From: a virus
Direction: 5' to 3' (one strand)
IMG/VR virus record: IMGVR_UViG_3300023179_000038
Location: 32,001-96,000 of that record
Length of the DNA: 64,000 nucleotides
Positions 19,632-30,400 of this stretch are shown here, piece after piece. Under the pieces are notes generated by a model, which saw only the letters and a program-made list of their open reading frames with translations, ran no database searches and had not been told where the DNA came from. Made by a program: the position numbers and the translations under genes. How positions within the stretch are numbered: position 1 is the stretch's first letter; each line of letters starts with the position of its first letter.

Positions 19632-19768
19632 TGTCCTTCTGTCGATTCGTTAGGTGGATGAAAAAATCTTCTAGATCCACAATATAAACAGTAAATTTCA
19701 ATATGCTCTACTGTAGTGTATTGCCGATCTATAAACATTTTTTTTTTACATTTTTTACATAAAATCAT
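19577..19768 (-). CDS. Small zinc-ribbon protein
   Basis: CKKC...CLYCG. Confidence 0.6.
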   Translation of the reverse strand: MILCKKCKKKMFIDRQYTTVEHIEIYCLYCGSRRFFHPPNESTEGQWLLEKEKFRAKITMSYL

Positions 19769-20211
19769 TAGTTTGGTACACCAACAACTATTAAATTTAC
19801 AGCAACAGAAACATCTCCAGTATTGTTAAATCTAATTACACCCTCTACCTTTGAAGTTGTTATTGATTTTAAAACAACTGTAACATCTTTACCAGCATCA
19901 GTACCGCCAACGTTTATTGGTGTAGCAGTTACTACTGGCGTATACTTAAAATCTGTCGGAAAGTCATAAGTAAATGGAGATTCTTGTCCTTTTGTTCTTG
20001 TTGAACTAATTACAACATCTATATATCCGCCAATAATTCTAGCCTCTGAAGCCTTAAGATTTTGACGTCCAATTCCTGGAGCATCAACAGAAACATACTT
20101 ATTATTTGAAAAAGATGTTTGAGACGATATATCGTTAATTGCATTTGCAAGTTCGTAGATGTATGATACATCCAGTGGCTGGCCTCTTTCTGGTAACGGT
20201 ATTTTTGCCAT
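19768..20211 (-). CDS. Virion/tail-associated protein
   Basis: End of tail module; FKYTPVVTATP beta-rich C-terminus. Confidence 0.5.
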   Translation of the reverse strand: MAKIPLPERGQPLDVSYIYELANAINDISSQTSFSNNKYVSVDAPGIGRQNLKASEARIIGGYIDVVISSTRTKGQESPFTYDFPTDFKYTPVVTATPINVGGTDAGKDVTVVLKSITTSKVEGVIRFNNTGDVSVAVNLIVVGVPN

Positions 20212-20229
20212 GATTAATCTATTATACCA

Positions 20230-20664
20230 CTAAACATTTACTTGATTTGATTCAAATAATGTAGCCCCTGAAAATCTTTCCTTGGGAAAGGTTGGTACTT
20301 GTACGGCAATTCTAAAATGATTTGCCCCCTCTTTAATAATTGTTGAATAACTAGTAGTAAACACGGTAGAAACAAATTCCCAAGGATCACTATTCCATTT
20401 AAGATAAATATCAAATTCAGACCTTATGTTATTTGATGGATTCCAAACAACATTAATCATGTCATGAGATTGTTCAACAGCAACACGATAATCTATCGTA
20501 TCTGGGCTTGATGCTGCAATTTTATAGTTTGGTGACCAATGAGAAGTTCTGTTTTTATCTTCTGTAATAACTCTATATTTGACAATATATTCTTGATCTG
20601 TTCCATAAAATTCTGGAAGGTCTTTTTTAACTATGACTATCTTTTTAATATTTGAATCTGACAT
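20230..20664 (-). CDS. Minor tail protein
   Basis: Tail module position; YRVITEDKNRTSHWSP. Confidence 0.5.
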   Translation of the reverse strand: MSDSNIKKIVIVKKDLPEFYGTDQEYIVKYRVITEDKNRTSHWSPNYKIAASSPDTIDYRVAVEQSHDMINVVWNPSNNIRSEFDIYLKWNSDPWEFVSTVFTTSYSTIIKEGANHFRIAVQVPTFPKERFSGATLFESNQVNV

Positions 20665-21803
20665 TATTGAACATCCAAAGCAAACCTAAACTCAATATAG
20701 TTTGTTGTGTTTGCAGATTTAATAATAGTTTCGGCATTGTTATTTTTAATAACGGAATACCCAGTTAAACCATATAAAGGATTATTTGTGCTATTATTTT
20801 CTAATCTAATAGCATCTAAACATACATAAAAATTATCTGTTGGAGAACCATTATCAGTTATACAAGCATAAATCTTTACAACATCAACGCTGCTCCAAGT
20901 AAATCCAGTGCTTTTATAAAGTTCTTGTAACTGTTTTGTTGCAACAACATATCTACTATTTGAAAAATTGTGTTGATTTGTATCTGTTCCATTATTAAGA
21001 TTAACTTCAAACCTTGCCCATTGCCCATTAGGATCATTATGAATATCAGATGATGCAAATTCTAGCATAATTCTTACATTGTCTGGAACCGCAGTTGAAC
21101 TTCCATTTTTATTTATTACTGTAAAAGAAAGCCTGATGTCATCTGTTGGAGAATTTCTATTAAAATCTAATATCGCTCCAGTTAAATGAATGTGTTCAGA
21201 ATTTTGACCAACAACAATATGGTTATTAGAGTCAATTGTTAACTCAGAAGAATCTCCACTCATTACTATTGTGTTATTAAAAAAACGACATCTTTCATAT
21301 CTTTGAATTCTTTCTGTATTTGTAAAAATTCTATTATCTGAGTTTGTTTGAAATACACTGTATGGTTGATTAATAATATTATTGTTGTCTGATCCATCTA
21401 GCGGAGAGTAAACAATTGGAATTTCTGTTGCAGCAGTATTTGTGTGATGTTCCCAATTTTCATCTTGTGTAAATGCATAAATAGATTTACTATCATATGC
21501 GCCAGCCTGAGAGTTTGCGCCTGCTGAAAAAACTCCGACTTCACTAATTTCATATCTTTCTTCGCTTGGTAGTTCTGCCGTTAAAACAATTTTTGATATA
21601 CCATCTTCTGTTACATATCCACGAGACGTAATTGGGACACGAAACATTTCAAAATCTAACCTATCTTTGCCTGAATAGTCTCCCAGGATAGCATCAGACG
21701 TTAGTGGCTTTGCTCCACAACCAACTGCAATATAAGAGGCATATGCTGGTGCTTGACCAATCAAGTATTTTGCTAAAATATTTTTACCAGTATTAGTTAT
21801 CAT
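20664..21803 (-). CDS. Minor tail/baseplate protein
   Basis: MITNTGKNILAKYL...YIAVG...ISEVGVF tail-protein N-terminus. Confidence 0.6.
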   Translation of the reverse strand: MITNTGKNILAKYLIGQAPAYASYIAVGCGAKPLTSDAILGDYSGKDRLDFEMFRVPITSRGYVTEDGISKIVLTAELPSEERYEISEVGVFSAGANSQAGAYDSKSIYAFTQDENWEHHTNTAATEIPIVYSPLDGSDNNNIINQPYSVFQTNSDNRIFTNTERIQRYERCRFFNNTIVMSGDSSELTIDSNNHIVVGQNSEHIHLTGAILDFNRNSPTDDIRLSFTVINKNGSSTAVPDNVRIMLEFASSDIHNDPNGQWARFEVNLNNGTDTNQHNFSNSRYVVATKQLQELYKSTGFTWSSVDVVKIYACITDNGSPTDNFYVCLDAIRLENNSTNNPLYGLTGYSVIKNNNAETIIKSANTTNYIEFRFALDVQ

Positions 21804-21805
21804 TA

Positions 21806-22405
21806 TTATTCCACCTCATATATTGTACCATTATAAATTTTTCCACCTACTAAGATTTGAACCTCTATCTGCTCATCCCCTTGTAAATTTATTATATCAA
21901 TAATAAGATTTCCTGTAGCCTCATCTATATACACTGTCTTACAATTTGGTCCAGTTCCGCAATTAGGTATTTTTTCTGATAGTTTTATTGGAAATTTATT
22001 AAAATATTCTTCTGATGTATTTTGAAGAGATAAAACATTTTGTGGATTATATTTAAAATATATGCTGCTAAGATTTTTAATTGGTTGATATATAACATTT
22101 TGTCCATTAATAATATCTGTTCTAGCAATATTTATTAATTCTTGACCACCAATATTTTCAAATATTAGGTCTGTCATTAATTCAACTGGAACATCTTCTT
22201 CTGATATTATTATATCTGGTCTTGCTGTTTTTATACTTTGAGATTGTGCTGAATAATTTGTAGTTTGTCCTTGCATTCCAGAAGCAGCAAGAAGAGTTGG
22301 AGATATTGCTTGAACATTAGAATTAGCAGAGGTTGTACTAATTGATGCTGATTGATTAAATATTACATCTGGCGTTGTTGGATAATCAGAATAATTAAAT
22401 ACCAT
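21806..22405 (-). CDS. Minor tail protein
   Basis: Tail module position. Confidence 0.5.
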   Translation of the reverse strand: MVFNYSDYPTTPDVIFNQSASISTTSANSNVQAISPTLLAASGMQGQTTNYSAQSQSIKTARPDIIISEEDVPVELMTDLIFENIGGQELINIARTDIINGQNVIYQPIKNLSSIYFKYNPQNVLSLQNTSEEYFNKFPIKLSEKIPNCGTGPNCKTVYIDEATGNLIIDIINLQGDEQIEVQILVGGKIYNGTIYEVE

Positions 22406-22406
22406 C

Positions 22407-25400
22407 TTACACTACCTCACTTAAATATACTCTTGTTTCTGGTCCATTTGTATTTCTAATATATTCAATATTATACACTACAAATCTTGAGTCTTTAGCA
22501 GATATCTCGTTAGTTTCACTTGAATCTTTATAGTCTATCTCAACTATATCTCCTAATTGTAAGTGTGGCGTTCCAAAAGTTTGAACCCCAACAGACTTTC
22601 TTGGTTTCATAATTTTTGAAATTACCCAAGACATTACTTCCTGTGCATCATCTTGTGTTTGAATATATGGAGCATCTATATAAAAATCTTTTTTACCATA
22701 AGTCATTCTGCTTGCCTTTATGTCGTCATATTGCTTATTAAATATTAATGGTGATTTTATTAATAAATTATTATTAAACTTTGGATTAGAAAAATCGCTA
22801 TTTTGAGAAAAATATTCATCTACGCTATAATTATGTTCTGATTCTTGAGTAAATGTTACTCCCTGTATTCTTAAATAATTTCCACTTGTTGAATCAAGAT
22901 TAAGAGATGTATCAGTTGAATTAAAAATTAAAAATTCTGCACCATAAGATCCAGCCCTAAATCCAGAAATTGCATATCCTTTTAATTTGTTAAATGTTGG
23001 AGATATTATTGCATATAGCGCTGGATATGCTTTATCATATCTAATATTAAAATATGCTGCTTCTCTCATAATAGTTCCAAATTCCTCAAAATAAATATTG
23101 TATTTTGGAGTATTGTTTGGATCTATTCCAGATAAATATGTGGACTGCACAATACCACTCATAGAATATTTTCTAAAAGATTCATTTGCATCAATCTCAG
23201 AATCATTGATTGCAGTCATTACTGGAGTATCTAGCGCAAAAACTGTATTTTGACTATAATTGTTTGTTAAAGCATAAATATTTTCAAACATACATCTTGC
23301 AGATCCACGAACAAAAAGAGCCATATTGTTGTAAATTGGTAGTGGATCTTTATCATCAACTATAGCAATGATCTTATTGTTAATATATAAATAAAATCTT
23401 CTAATTGTTCCAATATTTTGATATTCTACTGCCAAGTCATATACTGTTGGATTTTCTTCTCCAACCATCCTATACTGACCAGTAAAATTACCATCATCCA
23501 CAATAATGTTTGATAATCCACCCCACAACTTTATTGGAATTGCATCTCCTTGTTTAATGGTAGTTCCCGATACATCAGAAGCACTTCTCTTTATTTTATA
23601 AAAAATAACGTTATGTAAATTTTCTGCAGAAGTATTATAGTTATTAATGTTATTTTCTGTTAATGCTAAAATTTCAAAATAATATCCTACGTTTGTTGAT
23701 GGATTTATCATGACGGCCATTCCTCCAGAACCACCGCTAATATTAATATTTTGATCTGGAGTATTTCCAGTAACAACGAAATATGTTGTAGAACCAATAG
23801 GAGTTTGACCTCTATTTTCGTTGTTTTCAATTTTTCCAACAATTCTCATTCTGGTACCAAAGTGTTTAAATCTATCATCTAATGGCTTATTGACATATGA
23901 AATAAAATCAATTCCATTTTGAGTTGTAGTAAATGATGGTCCACTAATAACTAATGCAGATGATTGAATAGTTCCAGACTGTGTAGATAGTATAGAATTA
24001 GATGTAACTTCGTCCTTATATGAAAGTGTTAAAAAGTTTTTAATTGTTCCAGACCTTATTGACTGCTTTGCCAATTCATTGCTTACTCCCGCTGCTAAGT
24101 TATCAACTGGCATACTTAAAGATTGAGACTGTAAATCTTCTGTTGAAGATAGTGAAAATAATAAATCAGATTTCATGCTGCAGCCACGAACATTTAAATT
24201 ATTAGACCAATATTGATTTATACCTGCATTATGAAAAGTAATACTTGTTCCAAATTGTGCACGACCATGTTTTTCAACATCGCCATTTTTTAATCTTGTT
24301 ATTTCATTGATATTTTCATAAAAAGGTTTAGCATAGATTCTTATAAGACCCGTTGGATATATTTTCCCATTATGTCGTAACTTAGAAAAATAATTTTGAT
24401 AATCTTGTGTGCTTGTTATCCATACATTGCCATAATCAGTAATGCTGTACTCAACAGCATCATATTTAATTACTTCTCCATTAGCATAAAAATATCCGTT
24501 ATACCTTGTAATCCAGTAAACACCTTCTCCTAAATCCATAGTATTATTTATTATTTTATGGTTTGACACAGATGGAACTAAATTGTTAAGATCAGAATTT
24601 AGGGGTATTGCACTTAAAATATAATCTGATTGCCTGCCACTACTATCATTTATGGATTTTGTATTTTCTGTACCTTCAACTTCCCAAAGTAATGATGGCT
24701 TATATATCCAAGTTTTTTCTTTATCAATTAAACTTGCCTGTCTTATTGAGCCATAAGTTTTTTGAATATACTTTGTTTTATATTTAATTAATCCATCATT
24801 AAAAACTTCTGTATTTTGTGAAGCAATACCAACAATATTTGAAATATTACTTGAAATAGTTTTATTTTTAACAACACCGTCTTTTTCAATATCTTTTGAT
24901 CCATAAAAAACAATATCTGTATTTCTTTGATCTGTTGTTGGCATTATATAGTTTTTGCTCATACACACAAAATTATTGTATTCATCAAAAAACATAGCAG
25001 TTTGAGTTGATCTTGCTAAATCATTTAATATTTCTGCAACTGTTTTATCGGGTGGAATAAAGAAAAATGGAATAATACTTTCTTTTTCAAAATTTATTCT
25101 TTTAAAAATATAATTAGAAAAACCTATTGAATCTAATAACATAGATATTGCACTACTAACAGAAACGTTTGTTAATAAAATTTGTGGTGCAATTAATGAC
25201 TCTAAGTAAAAAAACATATCTCGTAATTGAATAGATACTGTTCGTGATCTATTATCTGTTGCTGGAAACCCTTCAGTATACATAGTTTTGATAGGGATAA
25301 AATAACTAGATTGTTCCTCATCTGTAATGATTTCATAAAACTTTATTTGAATATTTTTTGTAATAAAATCTTTTATTATGCTATTTAAGTTATTTGTATT

Positions 25401-26762
25401 AAATGCTTGATCATAATCAAACAACGTAAGTGATCCAGTAGATGCTAAAAGTTGACCGACTGGCAAACCAGATATACCAATATCCGATCCAATCTTATTT
25501 AAAGCAAAATTAATTGTTTTTTCTGATAGATCTACACATAGTCTTGGAGATAGTTCAATTAAATCAAAAGTTGAATTTATCTTAGTCATAGTATCAACGA
25601 CAATACGTAATCCATAAATATAAGAAAATTCACGATATTTTGTTAAACCATCTTGTGTATTAACATAGGATATTGGAGATGTTGTGTCTGTTACAAAATT
25701 AGTTAGCCTATCTATGGTTTCTTCTTGTAAATACCACCCATATGTTGGTGTAAATTTTTCATACAAACTTCCAGTCCATATATGATACTCTCCCAAAGAA
25801 GTTTCTGAATTTTTTATTAAATAAGCATATCCGTTAATACTTTTTTCAGGCAGTAGGGTCTCTGAAGAAAATTCATCTGCTTTTATAAAAATGTTTTTAT
25901 ATTTTTCTGGAATTATAAGACCATAAGCAAGTTCAACATAGCCGTCAGATTTTATAATTGGAGTTCCATCATTTCTAACTGAAGAGTTGTTAAAATTAAT
26001 TATATCAACCCAATTATTGTTGCTATCCAAATATTGGATTTTCCATTTTTTAGGAGTACTTTTATTTTCATTTTGATAAAATGGATCAGAAAATGTTTTA
26101 CCCAAACTTGTGAAAGTTCCTAAATTTGTATCTCCAATATGTGTTTGCATTTTTACTATTATTCTATTTGCTGGAACTTTTTCTTTATAAACAACAAATG
26201 GTGAAGCATCAGAAATATACGAATTTCCATTTAAATTAAAATTTGAAATACCATACTCTAATCCATCTTCTGTTCGATAAGATGTCCAATATTTAAATAA
26301 ATCATTTTTATCAGACATATAATATCTAGGTCGATTAAACATGCTCGGATTTGAATGATGAAAATATTTTCCTGAAATAAAAGTTGCCTTATTAATTCCA
26401 GATCTTGGTCTAAACCTATTAAAACAATCCTCTAAAGAATATAACAACTTTTGTTTTTCTTTTTTAGATATTAAAAACATAGGAGTTGAATTATCTTCTG
26501 GACTTATACCGCCATCTATTTTAACGTCAGCATCTGTTGCATTAGTATAAAAATTTCCAATATCATTAATATCAAATGTTAAAGATGGTAGTCTATATTT
26601 TGAATCAGGGTCTGAGTCTATTGCTAATGGCCTATATCTATAATTTCCAACCTTTAATATGTTATTTGGAATGTTCATATTCCACTCTGCAATAACTGCA
26701 GATTGAGTCCTAATAACTTCAGAGTTATCTAAATATTCTTTTAATTTTTCGTCTTGAAACAA
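22407..26762 (-). CDS. Large minor tail (hub/tip) protein
   Basis: 1451 aa, second gene after TMP; FFDEYNNF and PHLQLGDIV hub-like motifs. Confidence 0.7.
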   Translation of the reverse strand: MFQDEKLKEYLDNSEVIRTQSAVIAEWNMNIPNNILKVGNYRYRPLAIDSDPDSKYRLPSLTFDINDIGNFYTNATDADVKIDGGISPEDNSTPMFLISKKEKQKLLYSLEDCFNRFRPRSGINKATFISGKYFHHSNPSMFNRPRYYMSDKNDLFKYWTSYRTEDGLEYGISNFNLNGNSYISDASPFVVYKEKVPANRIIVKMQTHIGDTNLGTFTSLGKTFSDPFYQNENKSTPKKWKIQYLDSNNNWVDIINFNNSSVRNDGTPIIKSDGYVELAYGLIIPEKYKNIFIKADEFSSETLLPEKSINGYAYLIKNSETSLGEYHIWTGSLYEKFTPTYGWYLQEETIDRLTNFVTDTTSPISYVNTQDGLTKYREFSYIYGLRIVVDTMTKINSTFDLIELSPRLCVDLSEKTINFALNKIGSDIGISGLPVGQLLASTGSLTLFDYDQAFNTNNLNSIIKDFITKNIQIKFYEIITDEEQSSYFIPIKTMYTEGFPATDNRSRTVSIQLRDMFFYLESLIAPQILLTNVSVSSAISMLLDSIGFSNYIFKRINFEKESIIPFFFIPPDKTVAEILNDLARSTQTAMFFDEYNNFVCMSKNYIMPTTDQRNTDIVFYGSKDIEKDGVVKNKTISSNISNIVGIASQNTEVFNDGLIKYKTKYIQKTYGSIRQASLIDKEKTWIYKPSLLWEVEGTENTKSINDSSGRQSDYILSAIPLNSDLNNLVPSVSNHKIINNTMDLGEGVYWITRYNGYFYANGEVIKYDAVEYSITDYGNVWITSTQDYQNYFSKLRHNGKIYPTGLIRIYAKPFYENINEITRLKNGDVEKHGRAQFGTSITFHNAGINQYWSNNLNVRGCSMKSDLLFSLSSTEDLQSQSLSMPVDNLAAGVSNELAKQSIRSGTIKNFLTLSYKDEVTSNSILSTQSGTIQSSALVISGPSFTTTQNGIDFISYVNKPLDDRFKHFGTRMRIVGKIENNENRGQTPIGSTTYFVVTGNTPDQNINISGGSGGMAVMINPSTNVGYYFEILALTENNINNYNTSAENLHNVIFYKIKRSASDVSGTTIKQGDAIPIKLWGGLSNIIVDDGNFTGQYRMVGEENPTVYDLAVEYQNIGTIRRFYLYINNKIIAIVDDKDPLPIYNNMALFVRGSARCMFENIYALTNNYSQNTVFALDTPVMTAINDSEIDANESFRKYSMSGIVQSTYLSGIDPNNTPKYNIYFEEFGTIMREAAYFNIRYDKAYPALYAIISPTFNKLKGYAISGFRAGSYGAEFLIFNSTDTSLNLDSTSGNYLRIQGVTFTQESEHNYSVDEYFSQNSDFSNPKFNNNLLIKSPLIFNKQYDDIKASRMTYGKKDFYIDAPYIQTQDDAQEVMSWVISKIMKPRKSVGVQTFGTPHLQLGDIVEIDYKDSSETNEISAKDSRFVVYNIEYIRNTNGPETRVYLSEVV

Positions 26763-26763
26763 A

Positions 26764-27420
26764 TTAAACCTCTTCCAAGGTTAATGATATGTTCCAAAAA
26801 TCATGATTATTTCCGCCACGTTTTACTACCGTATATTGAAAATTTGTAAAAAACATTTCTATTAATTCATTATATTTTGATAAATGAGTAAAGGCATCTT
26901 CATCTTTGCCAAAATTTGCATAATTATCATAAGATAAATAAACCCAAAATGAACCAGTGTTGTTTTGATACCAATCTAAAAGTTCTACTCCACCAGCACC
27001 GCCGTCAGTTGTATATTGTTCATCTGGTGAGTTAGGTCTTCCATATCCAGAAACTGACGGTATGCCAGTTGTAGAGTTAAAGTCTGGCAAAGTATAAAAA
27101 GATCTAGAAGGCAGCATGTTCCAAGATACTTCAATAGTATTTTTATCAGCAATATGATATGATCTCATACGACCATTTACCATTCTTTCTCTTTTTTCTA
27201 TTCTCATTGGACGAAAATCTATAGGTGATCTATTATCGTCTGAGAGTATTAAAAATTGATCAAAAAGATTTTCATTAGTTTCTGACCCAGTATCTGAGCC
27301 AATCTCAAGCCCAACTGGAAGATAGTATCCATCAGACAAAGTTCCAGCATTTTTGGACCAAAGCATTGCTTGTGGTCTTTGATATTTTTTTCTTCCCGAT
27401 AAATATTCACTTGATGCCAT
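26764..27420 (-). CDS. Distal tail protein-like
   Basis: Directly after TMP; RMVNGRMRSYHIADK...WNISLTLEEV. Confidence 0.65.
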   Translation of the reverse strand: MASSEYLSGRKKYQRPQAMLWSKNAGTLSDGYYLPVGLEIGSDTGSETNENLFDQFLILSDDNRSPIDFRPMRIEKRERMVNGRMRSYHIADKNTIEVSWNMLPSRSFYTLPDFNSTTGIPSVSGYGRPNSPDEQYTTDGGAGGVELLDWYQNNTGSFWVYLSYDNYANFGKDEDAFTHLSKYNELIEMFFTNFQYTVVKRGGNNHDFWNISLTLEEV

Positions 27421-30400
27421 TAAATTCTACCACTCCTTATTCTTAAAGAATCTATCTGCCTTATCTTAGACATTACAGTGTTTGCAATTTGTTCTGGATT
27501 TGCATCAGACCTTACATTAACACTTAAATTATAATTATAAACTGAGTTTCCGTCATATGTTCCGTTATTGATAGCCTTCATTTTGTCTACACCAAAAGAA
27601 TCTACAGCATATCTACTCATCACAAATTCTCCTGGTGTTAACATTGCTGGTACTGTATCTGTTCCACGAGCAAATCCACCAGAAACAAAATACTTAGGAA
27701 CTATACCTCCATTTGCTCTTCCAAACCACCCACTAAATGTATTTGTGAGAGCATTTTTTACTGTTGAAACTGGATTAGTAACTATATTTTTAACTGCCGT
27801 CGCAACATTAGATATTCCTGTTGATACAGACTTTGCCACATTTGATACACCAGAAGCCACTGACTTAACTGCATTAGATATAGGAGTAGTAACAGTAGAA
27901 ACAACTTTAGATATTGGATTATTAACACCAAGATTCATTCCAATACTTGAAGGGCTTGTTGTAGGAACTATTTTTGTTGATGCACTTGTTACTCCCGATA
28001 ATGGATTATATTTATCTGGACCAGTAAATGTTGGAACTGATGGAACGTTAGTCTGGGTATTTGACATTTGTTGTGTTTGAGGTCCTGAACCTACTTCTGT
28101 TGTTTTAGTTGGAGCATTTCCTGTATTTGTAGTGGTTGACACTACTGGAGGAGTTTCGTCATCTTTTAAAGTTACAATTTTATGATAAGTTACATATGTT
28201 TTATTGTTAAGATCATTCCAATAATTTTTAATACTTTCTACAATTCCTAATGCAGCAAACATTGAATTTTTATATTCATTACTACTTGTTTTTGCTGTAT
28301 CAATTCCATTTTTAATAGATTCCCATTCAGATCTTGATTTATCAAGAACCCTTAAACTATTAATTAGTTCATTTTTTTGAATCTCTGCAAGCCTTATAGA
28401 TTCTCGTGCTGGCTCTAATATTTTTTCTTCTAAAATTAAAATTTGATCTTGAAGGTTTTTTATTTTTTCTTCAATTTGAATTCTTGTATACCCCTGATCA
28501 TTTCTAATTTTTGCAATACTATTTTCTTTTGATTGCTCAAGTGCAGATCTTTGTTGATCTATTGCATTTTGGGCTGATTGAGATCTTGATTCTTGTACCG
28601 CTTTTGCAGCAGCAGCAATATCTCCTTGTGATAAAGCATCAGCAATTGTTAATTGAGATTTTTGTTGTTGAATTATTCTATTGTTTACTTTTTGAATTTG
28701 ATCCAATGCTTTAAATTTGTCTTCATAGGAATCGTTTATTGCTTTTTCCTGATTTTCAATATCTTTAAGTCCATACTCCCAATCATCAATTTGATATTGA
28801 ATTAATGCAATATTATTTTCAGTTTTTTGTATTAAATCTTTATTGTTTCTGGTATCTATGTCAAATTTTAATTCTATAGATTTTTCCTTAGCATCAAAGG
28901 CTTCCATGGCTTTACCAAAACCTTCATCAAATAAACCTTGCATAAAGTCTATTGTCTTTATTTGTTGTGCAAGCCTTATTGCAAACTGACTACCGCCCTG
29001 TTCTCCCGCTTCATACAGTGCTTTTAATATTGGATCTGAAATTATTGCTCTGGCTTCTTTAAATCCAAAACTATTTTTTATTGACTGCGTAATAATTTCA
29101 TCTTGATTGGCTTCTTCTATTGCTTTATTTGCATCTTCAATAGCCGTGCTTCTTTTTTCTTGTTTAATAAAATCATTATATAGCACTATCATTTTTTGAA
29201 GTTCTGCTTTATTTTTACTAGTAGCAATCATTGCCCTAAATGATTTATCGGCAATTAATTCGTATGCTTTACCAACTGGAACACCCAATTGAGTTAATTT
29301 TGCATATGCCTTATTTTGATCAACTAATTCTTGTTTTTGTTGTTGTATTGCAGATTGAAAATCTCCAGCAACAACGGAATTTAATGCTTCTTGTATATTA
29401 GTGGCATCCCTTTTTAAAGCAATTATATTTCCTTTGTTGTCAAATTTAAATAATGAATTTTTACGCTTTTCATATTCTTTTGGATCCATTCCAACAATTA
29501 ATTCTATTAGATTTTGTCCAGCACCAATCGATCTTAAATCTTGCTCAATTCCACTGAATGCTGTTATTGTTTTATTACCACCAAATAACTTATCTAGCGC
29601 TTTACGTGAAGATGCCCATCCTTCTGTAACCTTAATTTGATTTAATCTAACATCTTTTAATTTTTTAATAATATCGTCTAACGGAGAAGAACTTACTTTA
29701 GATCCTTCTACAGGAGGTATATTAGATTTTTTATCTGTAGTTACATCCTTAGAAGCAACAGTTACTTTGTATGCTGACTCAGCATAGTAATCTCCTTCGG
29801 TTTTTCCAGGATTTGCTTTAAGCCAATTCTGAATTGCTTCCTTGTTGTTACCCTCCATATTGACCATTGTTGTTAATGTTTGCAGGTACACCTTTTGTTG
29901 CTCTGGAGGTAATGAGTTAAAATATTCTTGATTTGCACGAAGAACCTCTATTTCTTTTGCACCAAGAATTTTTGTTGCAATTTCTAAATCAATCTTACCT
30001 TTTTGAGCGCTAATATAATCTATGGTTTTTTGTAGTTGCGCTGCTGCGATTGGATTATTGCTATAAAAACTTAAGGCAACCCCTACATCAACTACTTGAC
30101 CAGACTTGCTTATCTCAGAAAATAATTTTAGATATTTTTCTGCATCAGCAGCAGTTTTTGTACTAATATCGGCAAGGAATTTAGTTTGTTGCTGCTTTAA
30201 TGGTTTTCCATTTTTATCAACAAACAAACTTGATATAGCAATAGCCTGGTTTGCAAATGCACCACCAAATTTAGTTACAATACTCATAACTTTTTCTAAA
30301 GATTTTTTATCATTACTAAATGTTTCCATTAAGTTAATAATTTGCATTGGGTCCATCTGTCCAGAAGCAACTTGCATTTTTAATGTATATTGAAGTTCTT